Assembly: GCA_030295235.1 (NCBI GenBank)
Contig: AP026146.1
Coordinates: 62,001 to 126,000 of the forward strand
DNA: 64,000 bases
Direction: 5' to 3'
From: Fistulifera solaris
Taxonomy: Eukaryota
Shown: positions 1-11,636 of the stretch, piece by piece
Position numbering within the stretch: position 1 is the first letter of the stretch
Layout: each line of letters starts with the position of its first letter
Notes under the pieces: model-generated
Databases searched by the model: none
What the model was told of the DNA's origin: nothing
The model's input: the letters and a program-made list of their open reading frames with translations, nothing else
Program-made: the position numbers and the translations under genes

Positions 1-492
1 GCAATCATAACGCGCACTATTTGGATTCTACGCTAGAATCTGCTATCTCATACTATACTGCTTCGAGAAGAAGGAATCATCATTGGGAGGATCGACGTCA
101 ACGAAACACTTTGTGACTGATTTCTTCCCCCCTCGGACTGTTTGTCTATTTCTCTACATGTCTATACCTATGTTCTTACTGTAATAACTGCTAGTTACAT
201 TTCTATTATAAATGCCTTTCAATAGTTTTATACGGAGTACGTTTTTATCGATTCTTGCTGTTTCAGTGACAAAACAGAATGAACGGACAAGAGCATCAAG
301 CATCATCGGCATGGTCCCAGTACTAGCCGAATTCATTCCCGAGTAATAGAAAATAAGCCTCAAACGACAAAGATAATCATATTTTCTTTCATTAGTTGTT
401 ATTTTGATCCCACTTTCATTCACCTCTATCGCTGCATCGCTACATCCTGCTCTCCATTCGTTCCATCGCCGCTCTTTTTCTTCCAACTTCTT

Positions 493-2289
493 CTACCACA
501 AATGAAATTTGGGCAATCGATGCATCACTTCGGCTTTCAACACTAAGGGCAGCGCTACGGGGATCACTTTGAGATCGGGAGACAAGGCCGACGCAATCCC
601 TTCCATGATTTCGACGGCCAAGGCGGCACTGACAAAACTCGGTTCCAATTTGACCTTGTGCATACAGGCCAAGTAACAAATGTCCACAATGTAATCACCG
701 ACATTTTCGACAAAGTTATTCCCCTTATCGGATTCCACAATCTTTTGAATGCCTTGAACAAAGAGTTGCACATCGACATCACTGGCTTGATGTCGTGTGG
801 ACGACGTATCGACCATGAGTTGTCCCGCCTTGGTGCCATCCTGTCGTGTAAAGGCCCCCAAGATCTTGACAACATTCACGTGTTGTTCCGGTCCCATTTC
901 CAAGACAATTCCACAATCGAGTAAATGTAAATGGGGCTGTTGTGTTTCTTCGTTCCAACTGACCAGTATGTTACCCGGATGCAAGTCTGCGCGAGGATGA
1001 AAAGTAATAACAATAATAAGTAATGAGAAAGTATGTACGTTTGTGAATGAGTGAAACAACGAAAGAGAGAACAAGTCAAGTCAAGTCAAGTCAAGTCAAC
1101 TCAACTCAACTCAACACATTATGAAACGTACGCACCGCCATGTAAGAAATCATCCAAAAGATCATTTTCAATGTTGTTTCCAATCCCAACAAGGCAACTT
1201 GTTGTCGAACTTTTCCGAATATTTTGTTTCGTTGGTAAATTCCAAAATGGGCGTCCCGTGAACAAAGGTTTCTGTCAAGACTTGTCGTGTCGTATACTTC
1301 ATCAAGGGCGTGGGAAACGATACACGAGGATTGGAAGCGAAATTGTGTTGAAAGCGTTGTAAATGTTGCGCCTCCAAGGTCAAATCCAATTGCGGTAACA
1401 TGATATCCCGAAATTGTGTCACGGTATCGACCAAACTCAAATACTGCAAATTCAAATACGGCAAGGCTTCCAACCATTGTGCGACTTTGGCCATGATATA
1501 AAAATCAACACAAACTTTGTACAAGATTCCTGGATGTTGGACTTTGACCGCGAGCGGTGTCCCGGAAGGATACTTGTCGTAATTGTGTAACAAATGACCT
1601 TTATACACTTGCGCAATACATCCCGAACCAATGGGTGTTTGTTCCAAAGCCACGTGTTGTAGAAAGTTGGGTGGTAATTGTTGGACGGTTTCTAACCAAC
1701 TGTGTCCTACCGTTTCATCACGCAATGCCCCAAAATACGAACAAAATTCGGGTGAAAACAAATCGTGTCGTGTCGTGGCCCATTGGACCAATTTGACAAA
1801 GGTCGGTCCCGCTTGTTCCAATCCCCACAATGCGTATTGCCAATGATATTGTTGCAAAGTCGTTGAATATGCCGCGAAGGGATACAGTAACACAAAGGGC
1901 GTCGCGAGAGCTGTCAACGACAGTAAACGTGTCACGGCACGATACCATCGTTCTAGTTTGGTCGAACCTAATTGTGCCAACAATTCATCCGTCCAATCTT
2001 TCCGAAACCAATCCATCCATTGTGTCGGTGGTGCGTGAATCATACTAGTAGTAGTCGAAGTAGTTGCATCGAGACGTGTCGGGGTGATATTCCCTGTTGC
2101 TGTAGCTGTAGCTGTTGCTGCTACCGCCGCCGCCGCCGCCGACAGTGCATGACGAATTTTTAATTTCAGACCATTCTTTTGAAAGTACAGCAATTGTCGT
2201 TGAATAGTATGCGAAGAAGGCATAGCAAAAAATCGACTGCCGTATCGTTGTACCATCATCGGTGATGTATAATACAAAAAGCGATGCAT
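493..2289 (-). CDS. ABC1/UbiB (ADCK2-like) atypical kinase, probably mitochondrial; intron 987-1135; two homopolymer frameshifts near 1160 and 1212
   Basis: ABC1 motifs GPTFVKLVQWATTRHDLF, IGSGCIAQVY, AVKVQHP, QLDLTLEA and LLDCGIV. The catalytic HG-DLHPGN motif is restored by splicing gtgcgt...cag. The basic, Ser/Thr-rich N-terminus resembles a mitochondrial transit peptide. Confidence 0.9.
1074..1115. repeat. Intronic pentanucleotide microsatellite (GTCAA)n grading into (CTCAA)n
   Basis: gtcaagtcaagtcaagtcaagtcaactcaactcaactcaac, read directly inside the ABC1 intron. Confidence 0.9.
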
Positions 2290-2893
2290 GTTGTTGCAAC
2301 GTAAGAAAAAAAAAAGAAAGAAAGAAATTGAATAATCCGAGCAAAAGAGAAGAAAAGTTATTCACACAAGTGTAAGTATGTATGACAGAAGAACGGAACG
2401 GAAGGACTGCGCAGTAAAATCTATTTCAAGAACATTTATACTGCATTATCTTTGATCGTTGTTGCTTCTTTTTCTTTCGTCTTTTCATCGCTCATCGTGT
2501 CATATCCAACCAAAGCGTCGCGTTCGCTATATTGTCTCATCGACGCTCCTCATCGGCGTTTGCTCCTCGTAGCTCGTACGTGCGTGTTCGGAAGGTCGTC
2601 TGTCTGTCTGTCTGTCTGTGTCTATCCGCTAGATGGAATTCGGAATGTTTCCATCGTTCGAACCCGCAAAACACGAAAACGCCTTTTGCGAAAAAGAAGC
2701 ATTCCATTCGAGCGAGATCTTTTTTCGAGATTGAAGGAAGAAAGCACGAAACGACGAAAAAAATTGGGAGAGACCGAAAGCGTTCTCATTTTCATTTTCA
2801 TTTTCCATTGTACTGGTATTGCAACTCTCTCTAGAACGATCAAACAAGTAACAAGTCCCCTTCTTCTCTTAATAACAACTACTAACACGAACA

Positions 2894-5027
2894 ATGTTAT
2901 TACATGAAAATGATAAACGATGGACGCAAACGCAATTGGTGGTGTTTTTTGTCCTCTTTTTGTTGGCCGTCCCCGAGTACGTTACTTGTTGTTGATGAAT
3001 GAATGAAACGTGAATGTGTATGAATGTATAGGACTGTATTCGACTCACACACACTCTTCACTACCTTTTCTAGATTCAATCCTATACAAATGCTTTATCA
3101 TACATTTTCGACGTTACAACCGTGGCAGGTCGGTTCCTTTTGCCTACTGATGATGGTAACAATCTTCCTTTCGGATGCTCCGCATTTACTCTATGTGGCC
3201 ATACGCATCTTTTTTCATTCCATTCTCAGTATTTTCTTTGATAAAGTTGAAATTATAGGAGCCTATCAGAATATTCCACCACAAGGACCCGTCATCTTTT
3301 GTATCAATCACGCGAATCAATTCATGGATGCTGTCATGGTCTTGTGTACCTTACGCAATCATCGACCCATTTCGTATTTAATGGCCGAAGCCAGTTGGAA
3401 ACGACGGATTATTGGAGATTTCGCTCGGGCGTTGCAAGTCATTCCGGTCAAACGAGCGCAAGATGAAGCGCGGAAGGGTAACGGGCGAGTAGAACTCGTA
3501 CTCGAGAAGAATCAAGAACAAGACGAACAACAACAAGACAAGGACGACAACCAGTCAATCACCCAGCAACTGACACTCCAAGGACACCAAGGTACGCAAT
3601 TTACACAACACACCAAAGTCGGTGACAAGATACGATTGGAAGGTATGGCGTATGCCGCCAAGATTGTGCACATTGAAAGTGATACGTGCTTGCACTTGGC
3701 GTGGGACTCTCCCACAACGCCGCCCCTACACACACGCTTGCAATACGACATTTTGCCGCAAGTCCCACTCCAAGTCGTTTTTGAAAAAGTATTGGATCGA
3801 TTGGCGTTACAAGGGGCGGTCGGGATCTTCCCCGAAGGAGGATCGCACGATCGGACGGATTTGTTGCCACTCAAAATTGGCATTTCCTTATTGGCCTATC
3901 AAGCCTTGGATACACACGGGTTGCGCGTACCGATTATCCCCGTTGGATTGTCGTATTTTCATGCGCATCGATGGCGGGGACGGGCCGTGGTGGAATATGG
4001 AAAACCCGTCTATGTGGATCCTTCCACCTTACCGCAATTCCAACAAGGTGGAGCGGCGCGGCATCACGTGTGTCAGGCATTCTTGTCGCAAGTCGAAGAT
4101 GCCATGCGGAGTGTATTGGTCCAAAGTCCAGATTATGAAACACTCCAATTGTTGCATACGGCCCGACGATTGTATCAACGACCGGAACAACTGTTAACAC
4201 AAGAGAAACAAGATCTGGCGCGGCGTTTTACCGTAGGGTATCAACGATTTGTACAACAAATGGCCGAACATCCCGACGCCATGCCACCGGAATGGATGGA
4301 CTTGCAACGACGATTGAAAGAATACGCGAACGAATTGAAAGAATTGGGTTTGAAAGATTATCAAGTCAACATGTTGGTGGCGTCGGAAGATGAAGAAAAG
4401 GAATCGTCGACGTTGTATGTTGGCTTACAATGGTTGTATGCGGTCGTGCATTTGGTTGTCTTGTTGATGATTGCGGCCGTGCCGACCTTACTGTTGAATT
4501 TACCGGTCGGTGTTCTGGCAGGATTGTACAGTGAACGGAGACGTCAAAAGGCCTTGCAAAAATCCAAAGTCAAGGTACATGGATACGATGTCATGTTGAC
4601 GGAAAAGGTAGTATTTTGTATGGTCATGGTCCCCACCTTGTGGTTCATTTACTTTTTGATTTTACGGTTTGGAACCAACTTGGAAGGTCCGACAGTTTCA
4701 TTGATCATGCTATCGTTGCCCGTCTTTTCGTACATTGGCATCATCGTGGCCAAAGCGGGCATGGTGGGATGGAATGATTTGCGTCCGCATTTGATGCGTT
4801 TGTTCCCTACGACGCGTCCTCGTTTGAAGGCATTACCCGCGACACGAGAAGCTTTGCAAAAGGATTTGCGGGCCTTTATCAAACGGATTGGACCAGAATT
4901 GGGTGACTTGTATTACGAAAAGGAAGTGGATTGGGCGGCCGTGCAAGAAAAGTATCGTCGTAGTAAAGAAGAGTCGTCGGTGGCAGAAATGCCGTTAGAC
5001 AAAAAAAGAGCAGTAGACTGGAATTAG
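2894..5027 (+). CDS. Glycerol-3-phosphate O-acyltransferase, fungal Sct1/Gpt2 type (ER); exons 2894-2976 and 3074-5027
   Basis: Motif I NHANQFMD (HX4D), IPVKRAQD, IFPEGGSHDRTDLLPLK and IIPVGLSY, plus C-terminal TM helices. An upstream exon (MLLHENDKRWTQTQLVVFFVLFLLAVPE) joins in frame through gtacgt...tag. Confidence 0.92.
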
Positions 5028-6222
5028 TAAAGTATGATAAAATATAAATGCGTGAGGAAATGTTTGCATATAATTGATCATCAAGTTACGGTAGGAACCT
5101 CACGAGCGCGTTTGAGTCTCGCCATTTGAAAATGTGAGAGGACAGCAAAGAGAAAAAAAGTGAAGCTATTGTCATAGTCAGGTCGTGTTGATTCAGTCCT
5201 GTGGAGATGCTCTTGACTTGACTCATGAAGCATGCATTGAAATGATAAATAATTTATGAGCACGTTAAAAGCTAAAGTCTAAAGATGACCAGGACGCAGT
5301 TCTCTGTAGGCAGATTAGAATTATTGGTGAATGGGATCGATAATCGGGCTGACAGACTGACATAACCCTTAGCCTCTAAGCTCTAAGGTCAGAACGTAAA
5401 GAACATGCTGAGGACATGTAGTGTACAAGTACTGCAGAATTAAGTCGGACTCGGACTTGGACGCAAGAGGGGCGCATTTGCGGCATAAGTGACGTGTGTG
5501 AGAATCGGGGATTTAAGAAGCAGCCTATTTTCATTGAGTTCCGTGGAGTTCCAGCTTCGGGAAGTTGTTGTATAGCCCAACTCGTAAGGCAGAAAGCTAG
5601 CAACGATGACGACGAGAGGTTCGCATTCGTGGTCGTCAAGTTCCAACCAGTATTCTGCATCAAATTGTTCTTCGTTTACGCCGATGAGTCAAAATCCAGA
5701 TTCCAGCCTTGAAATTCCACGATCGTCTTTTCATCAACTCAGAAGTTGGTTATGATGTTTCTTCATTGAAACTTTGCACATAGAAAATACGTGTGCTTGT
5801 GCGACAGGGATCCCCGACATTGCTGATTATGGTGTGTACGTTTCAAAGTGCTCATCAAAGATACGATTCTGATTGGTCGGGACGATCTGACAATTCTTGA
5901 CTCCTGTCCTGACACGTGACACCATCCTTCCCTTCATTTTCATTATTTGTGGATCGTGTAGAAAGAGTACTGCTTTGCACAAATACATTCATCAATCTGT
6001 CAAAGAACATGTACATCAAACGCTATACAAAAAATCCGCGAAAAAATTCGAACCTTCAAATCTTGGCACCGTTTTCTCTTTCTCAAACACCCATCAAACT
6101 CACTTCATACATTCCCATCAAGCTCATGAGAAAGCAGTTGCTTTTCAAACGGGTAGAATGATGATGGAAACACGTCAAAAAGGCCAGATGCGGCACATCC
6201 AAGTCGCTGCGATCTACTGAGA

Positions 6223-6633
6223 GTGCCCGCTCCAAATCGTACCTCGAAGAAGATAAGGATCATTGAGAAACAAAAGCCCTTGCACTTGCCCTGTCAACAA
6301 GATAGTCCGCCTTCTTCTTGTTTCTTCCGTGCCATTGACGATGTTGAATTTCATGGCGGCACATCAAATCTAGATTCCCCGGATCCTTCGATTATAGCGA
6401 CGAAATCGGAAGTACCAGTCGATCAAAGAAATCAATGTGGAACGATTCTATTCGTGGATGCATCTACCGCGCCCCATTTAATTGCTCAGTGCCCACGATT
6501 TCCTTCATTGTCCGACCTAGATCAGACTCTTAGTCCCCCCAGCTTTACTTTGCAACCTCGATCGATGAGACGACCGAACAGTTGGCCGGGGGACCAAGAG
6601 ACGAGATACACTGGCGATCTCTTGGGATTGTGA
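6223..6633 (+). CDS. Small hypothetical protein (FPxL...LxPR motif family); true start uncertain
   Basis: The frame is open from about 6157. It contains PRFPSL...FTLQPRSMRRP, similar to other small ORFs in the window. There is no clean in-frame ATG. Confidence 0.45.
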   Translation: MPAPNRTSKKIRIIEKQKPLHLPCQQDSPPSSCFFRAIDDVEFHGGTSNLDSPDPSIIATKSEVPVDQRNQCGTILFVDASTAPHLIAQCPRFPSLSDLDQTLSPPSFTLQPRSMRRPNSWPGDQETRYTGDLLGL

Positions 6634-8169
6634 ACTCATCGCATTCTCCTTTTCTTGGACCATCTTTTGCTACTGCTATCTTAATGCTATCGTTCGCTCC
6701 ATTGTTTCCAATCATCAAGCTGCTGTTAATACATTAAAATATATCCGCTATTTGTTCTGAAGTCATTAACTTTTTAACGCTAGATGATGGCAACTAGAAC
6801 GAATGCCATCCAGCTTTGAATACGGTAACTGGTGTGTGCTTTTGCGGCGAAATAGGGTTCCATTTCAAAAATCAATTGACCGCTGTCGTGAGGATATAGA
6901 AAGCTTGAAATAGTTATTGCGAGGCGTCTTAGTTGGTGTCAACATCGTCAACATCGCCAGAAGGTAGGTGCCAGACTTTTTCCGCTCGAAAATTCATCGA
7001 AAAAGTTTCTTACTTTAGAAGTCACTCTCCAAACAATTGTCTAAGAAGATACGGATACTTAAGACCGATGAGAAACGCTAAACCGCTAAACGCCTTTCGC
7101 GTGTGCGCTTATACTGAACAGATTGTACTCGAGGAAAGTCCCTGAAAATCCGCAGACAAACAACGAGTACCGTACCGAGATCGACACCATGACCAAAGAC
7201 GGTCTTTCATTCACGATGAATCGTGAGTCGTGGGTCGTCGTTCTTTGCGCAGTTTAAACGATCTACTGCGACTTGCTTTGCTTGCAAATTATTCTGCTTT
7301 CAATCTACTGTATACAATGTGCGACAAGCGAGTAAGAAGGTTGCTACTACAAAGTGTCTTCATGTATTGTTATTAATTATCATCATGACCCTGCGTCGCA
7401 GATCGCGTCGTAACCGGGGAGGTTACGGGAGATAGCTTTAAATATGGAGACCCACGCTACAAACGATCACATTAACCGTGGCAAGAGTTTTTATGGGAGT
7501 CGCTTTCTTTCAGTCAAGCTGTTTTGACTAGATGGAGTCATTTTATGGGCCATTTACCTGTTTTCTTTCTGAAAGTTGTCGATGCGCTACAAAAGACGGC
7601 ATCAACTGAAATAACGGAAGGAAAGGATTAGGATACGATGATGTCGCGGATCACAACTATAGAAGAGAATGCCATATTCTCTAAACTTCGTACTTAGCTA
7701 GAAGGATTTTCGCTTATAAGCATCATAATTCATGACTCGTTACTCATGATTTTTGATGATCGATTAAATGATAAATTGATGGAGGATGTTCATTCATCAT
7801 TATTATTTTTTTGCGAATGTCGGAGAGGTTGGGGCTACTTACTTGAAATTCGATTGTTAGGGTAAGTTATTTAGCGTTAAAGCGTCTAAGTATTCCATGG
7901 CGATAACGGTTCAACACCAGTATTTAAGAAGACTGGTTCATTATTTAGATATAAATACAACTTCCTTAGTGTGATAGGAAGTCGGATTGGGCCTTATCAG
8001 ACGTCATAAGAGCCATAAGATTTGTTTGTAGATTCGCGCAAAAGTTCGAATCAACGTCGAAAGAAGAAAAGAAGCTTTGAAGAGAGCGCACGGCTAAAAG
8101 AAGAATTCTGCACCGACCCATCACAAGCAAAAGTCGCTGGTATTCAGATACCCACTTCATTTTGAACCA

Positions 8170-8664
8170 ATGAACGAAGCAACTTCTGTATCCGAGTTTT
8201 CGGTATCCGTGCTGAAGAGAAAGGGGCAAAGCTCCGCCCTTCCACTGATGCCGTGTCTTAATGCAACGGAAAAGCATGATTCTCATCAACTGACTCCACT
8301 TCCCATGACAACTCTGAAGCCGAGAACAACGCTTCACTTCAAACGAAAACAGCAGTTAAACTCATTTGATCCTGAAGAAGAAAGGAGGACATGTGTTGAT
8401 CTTACGCCAAAGTATTCCTTCCCGAATTTATCGGTTCTCAATGTCTCAAGTAAACGAGATTTGAGTTCAGTCATCGAACAAAGCGAAACAAACGGAAGCA
8501 AGAGATCGAAGCACTACAGCAAATCGGATTATCTGCGTATCGGAAAAGAAGCGACAACGTCGCTGCTTTTACCGACAGATTTACGTAGTGAAACTCCTAA
8601 CCAAGTTATCAATTTACGTCGAAGGAAAACAAGAGATTCAGTTACGAGCCTGCTCGATTTTTGA
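8170..8664 (+). CDS. Small hypothetical protein (LPxL...LxPR motif family)
   Basis: ATG-initiated 164-aa ORF flanked by AT-rich DNA. Motifs LPLMPCL...TLKPR, FPNL and LLLP...INLRRR. Confidence 0.6.
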   Translation: MNEATSVSEFSVSVLKRKGQSSALPLMPCLNATEKHDSHQLTPLPMTTLKPRTTLHFKRKQQLNSFDPEEERRTCVDLTPKYSFPNLSVLNVSSKRDLSSVIEQSETNGSKRSKHYSKSDYLRIGKEATTSLLLPTDLRSETPNQVINLRRRKTRDSVTSLLDF

Positions 8665-9326
8665 GAGTTTTAATGTATGCATATACTTCATTAAATACAT
8701 TTTTGTTATGGGTTATCGAAAAAAACACGTTGCTGTTATTCAGTATAGTTTCAAGTATTGCCATAGCCGAGTGCATCTCCGAATTCTACATCCCCAACTA
8801 GACCTCCAGATGACAACAATCCATTCTCCATTCCATTCTACTTGTAACCCGTAACGCTTGAAAGATCCCGCTACCGTAACGGCAGAACCAACTTGTTACA
8901 CATCCAAGCGTTTGAGCTCCTGACTCCTGGACTCTTCGCGACTCGCGACTCCGAAGGCAAGAAGCAAGAAAGAAGGGAGAAGATGGCAGAAGGCAGAAAC
9001 CAGAAGGAAACGTGCCATCCGGAATGCCAAATGTATCACGTTATCACTATTTCCCTTGACAAAATAATGCATGACTCATGAATGACCGCCCTAGTAGCAT
9101 TAGTTTATGTTTTTAAAGTGAATCTGTAATCTAGAGTGTGCTGCTTTACGTATTAAAGTGACGCGCGGCGTACCGTTTCTCGTCCGTTACATGTAGTGCG
9201 CAGTGCCCCCACGATTTCGAGAATCAAAAGACTTTTATTAATAGGTCTTTGCCGCATCCTTCTTCATTCTTTCTTCGTTGAGCGAAATATCCATAAAATA
9301 AATTATTGAAGAAAATTGCAACAATC

Positions 9327-9755
9327 ATGGCAACAAACCGAGATACCATCAAGTCAGACGCGCTGGAGACTCCACCATCGTCACCGAGATCAGGTATCGA
9401 CAGACTATTACACCAAAATATGGCGCATGTCGCTCATGTAAACATGTTAGAGCCATCCTCGAGAGTATTTTTACCCATTCTTCCTTCGTTGGAACAGGAT
9501 TCTGGCAAATCGAACGCTGGACGGTCCTTGTTTTCTTCGCCGCATCCGCCACGAGTCCGCGCGATTTCCTTGTCGAGTTCGAATGATGATCCCAACAATG
9601 CAACCCGATCGACTCGATCCGACAGCATTGAATTCATCACTGCAAAAGATACGACACCATCTTGGCCTTTGCTACCCGACGACTCATGTGACTTGGTCGA
9701 TTGTTCGAGTGATACTCGTCCCCGTCTGGAGATGCGAATCTCGCCACGACGATGA
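9327..9755 (+). CDS. Small hypothetical protein (TP...LPxL...LxMR motif family)
   Basis: ATG in an aatcATGG context. Motifs TPPSSPR, FLPILPSL and WPLLP...RLEMR. AT-rich 3' region. Confidence 0.6.
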   Translation: MATNRDTIKSDALETPPSSPRSGIDRLLHQNMAHVAHVNMLEPSSRVFLPILPSLEQDSGKSNAGRSLFSSPHPPRVRAISLSSSNDDPNNATRSTRSDSIEFITAKDTTPSWPLLPDDSCDLVDCSSDTRPRLEMRISPRR

Positions 9756-10096
9756 AGGACTTGTTCTTCCGTCGGACATCCGCTCCTCGTTTTTTCTTCT
9801 CACTGCATATCTTTCGTAACTCAATAATATATAAGTTTTTATATTATTCTTGTTGAATGGTGAAATTATGTTTTCTAGTTTGACAAAGAAAATCGTGTAA
9901 GCCATACACCCATTTTTTTAGATGCCAAAGTAGTTGTTGTTGTTTCAAGTGGTTCTGGGAAGGACGTTTAAATTCTGCCTCCCAGTACAAGATTCTACGC
10001 AGCGTCTACGAGTGGTTGTGGTGGTGGTGGTTGGGCAGGGTGTCCGAACAGTACAGTGCCGAAACGATTGTACGAAAAATTGGGCAAAAAAAAAAC

Positions 10097-10533
10097 AGAT
10101 TAAGGTTCTGGCTTCTCAAGAGCGTGAAAAGCGTAGTATGTACGGACCCCCTTGCCACGAACGCAGACGAGACTTCACTCCCCTGGTCTTTTCCATTGAC
10201 GGAATGATGGGACAACAGGCTATTTCAGCATCGAGACAGCTTGCAAGAAAACTTCAGCGGAAGTGGAACAAGCCATACTCCGAGATCTGTGGCTTCATCC
10301 GGGCGCGCATGAGTCTTTCCCTGGTCAGGTCAGTTAGTATGCTTCTGCGAAATCCAAGAGAAGGAATGCCAAAACGGAATCCCCTCATTGGGAAACGGGC
10401 TCGGGACTGGCCCTCTACTAGCGCACTAAGGCTAGGGAGTTAGAACCAAAGCTTACTCATTGAAGTGTCAGACTGAAATATATGTGAATGAAAAGTGGAA
10501 AATTCAGTCGAATGTCAAGATTAGATTCTGACG

Positions 10534-10570
<37 letters not shown>

Positions 10571-10575
10571 AAAAA
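10097..10575 (+). mobile_element. 5'-truncated CRE-clade-like non-LTR retrotransposon (restriction-like endonuclease C-terminus, 3' UTR, poly(A) tail)
   Basis: The translation EREKRSMY...FTPLVFSIDGMMG...LARKLQRKWNKPYSEICGFIRARMSLSLVR resembles the RLE tail of CRE-type elements. With one frameshift it ends PHWETGSGLALY* (stop 10419-10421). An A29 run follows at 10537-10565. Confidence 0.8.
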
Positions 10576-10658
10576 GCATGCCTTACAAGAACAACGGAAA
10601 AATCAGTCGAAATAATCTCAAAATGCATTCTGACTTGTAGGAAATTAGGAAATCATCT

Positions 10659-10822
10659 CATTTCATTCGCGCGCGGACAGAGATAGATCTTGGCATGTTA
10701 TTATGATGATTGATGATGATGATTCATCATTCAGAATTCAGAGTGATGAGGAGTGAGTCTTCAGGAAACATCATCATTTCATTCGCGCGCGGACAGAGAT
10801 ATATGGTAGATCTTGGCATGTT
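10659..10822. repeat. About 45-bp imperfect direct repeat, two copies (about 10659-10699 and 10775-10822)
   Basis: catttcattcgcgcgcggacagagata...gatcttggcatgtt occurs twice; the second copy has a short insertion. Confidence 0.85.
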
Positions 10823-11636
10823 GGTTCCGAAGCCGTTTTCGAAAAACAAGGCTTTTCGATCGGACAGAGTACCATTAGTTGCACTCCACCATACCCTGAC
10901 GTCCTGCTGACGGACAAGCTGACGTGGTGTCCGTAGACGCCAGTTATCGTACAATCGTACAAGTAGTAGTAGGGAAAGTGGACCTGACGGGCCAAACATG
11001 TCGACACTTATGAATTTCAGCGCCGTCAGAATGGCCTTTAAAAGCCTTGATACTTGAACAAGGGACTTTGATGAATAGCCTATGTGAATGAAGGAACGCG
11101 TCCAAGTACACGTTGAAAAATACTCCACCGTGACAGTCGTCCATTGACTCTCTGGCCTTCCAAAGCGCCTCTTTTTTTGTACTTTTACAGGCGTTTTAGG
11201 CTTGACCGAAAGCGCCAATCAAGAGCCTTGGGTTGTTGGGTTTTTTCGGTTCCAGTGGTTGTTTCTTTTCTTTTTTTTGCGAAGCGATACCGTCGGCGTT
11301 TCATTGCACGATGCCTGATATCGTTGCTTGAACTACCAGGTACTTCTTATCCATTGAAGCCATTCGTATCCCATTGACTCCTAAAAAACCTCTCTCCTGC
11401 CTGAAGCCAGAGTAGAGCTTTCCTATTTATATTCTCTCACAGGTAAGGGAATCGGCAACCAAGCAACGCTCCCCCCACACACACAAGTCTCGAAAAACAA
11501 AAAAGAAAACAGATCGTACCGTTTTTTTCTTTTGTGTATCGTTTGGCGTTTTTTCGATATCATCTCATCTCATCTCATTATGAAAAAAAAACGTTTTTTC
11601 TCTTGATCAATAGAACAAACAAAGAACCCATAAACG

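Noticed and set aside
5376..5770. Coding-like minus-strand stretch between GPAT and the small ORFs
   Set aside because: It is interrupted by stops and matches no family I recognise; at most a decayed fragment.
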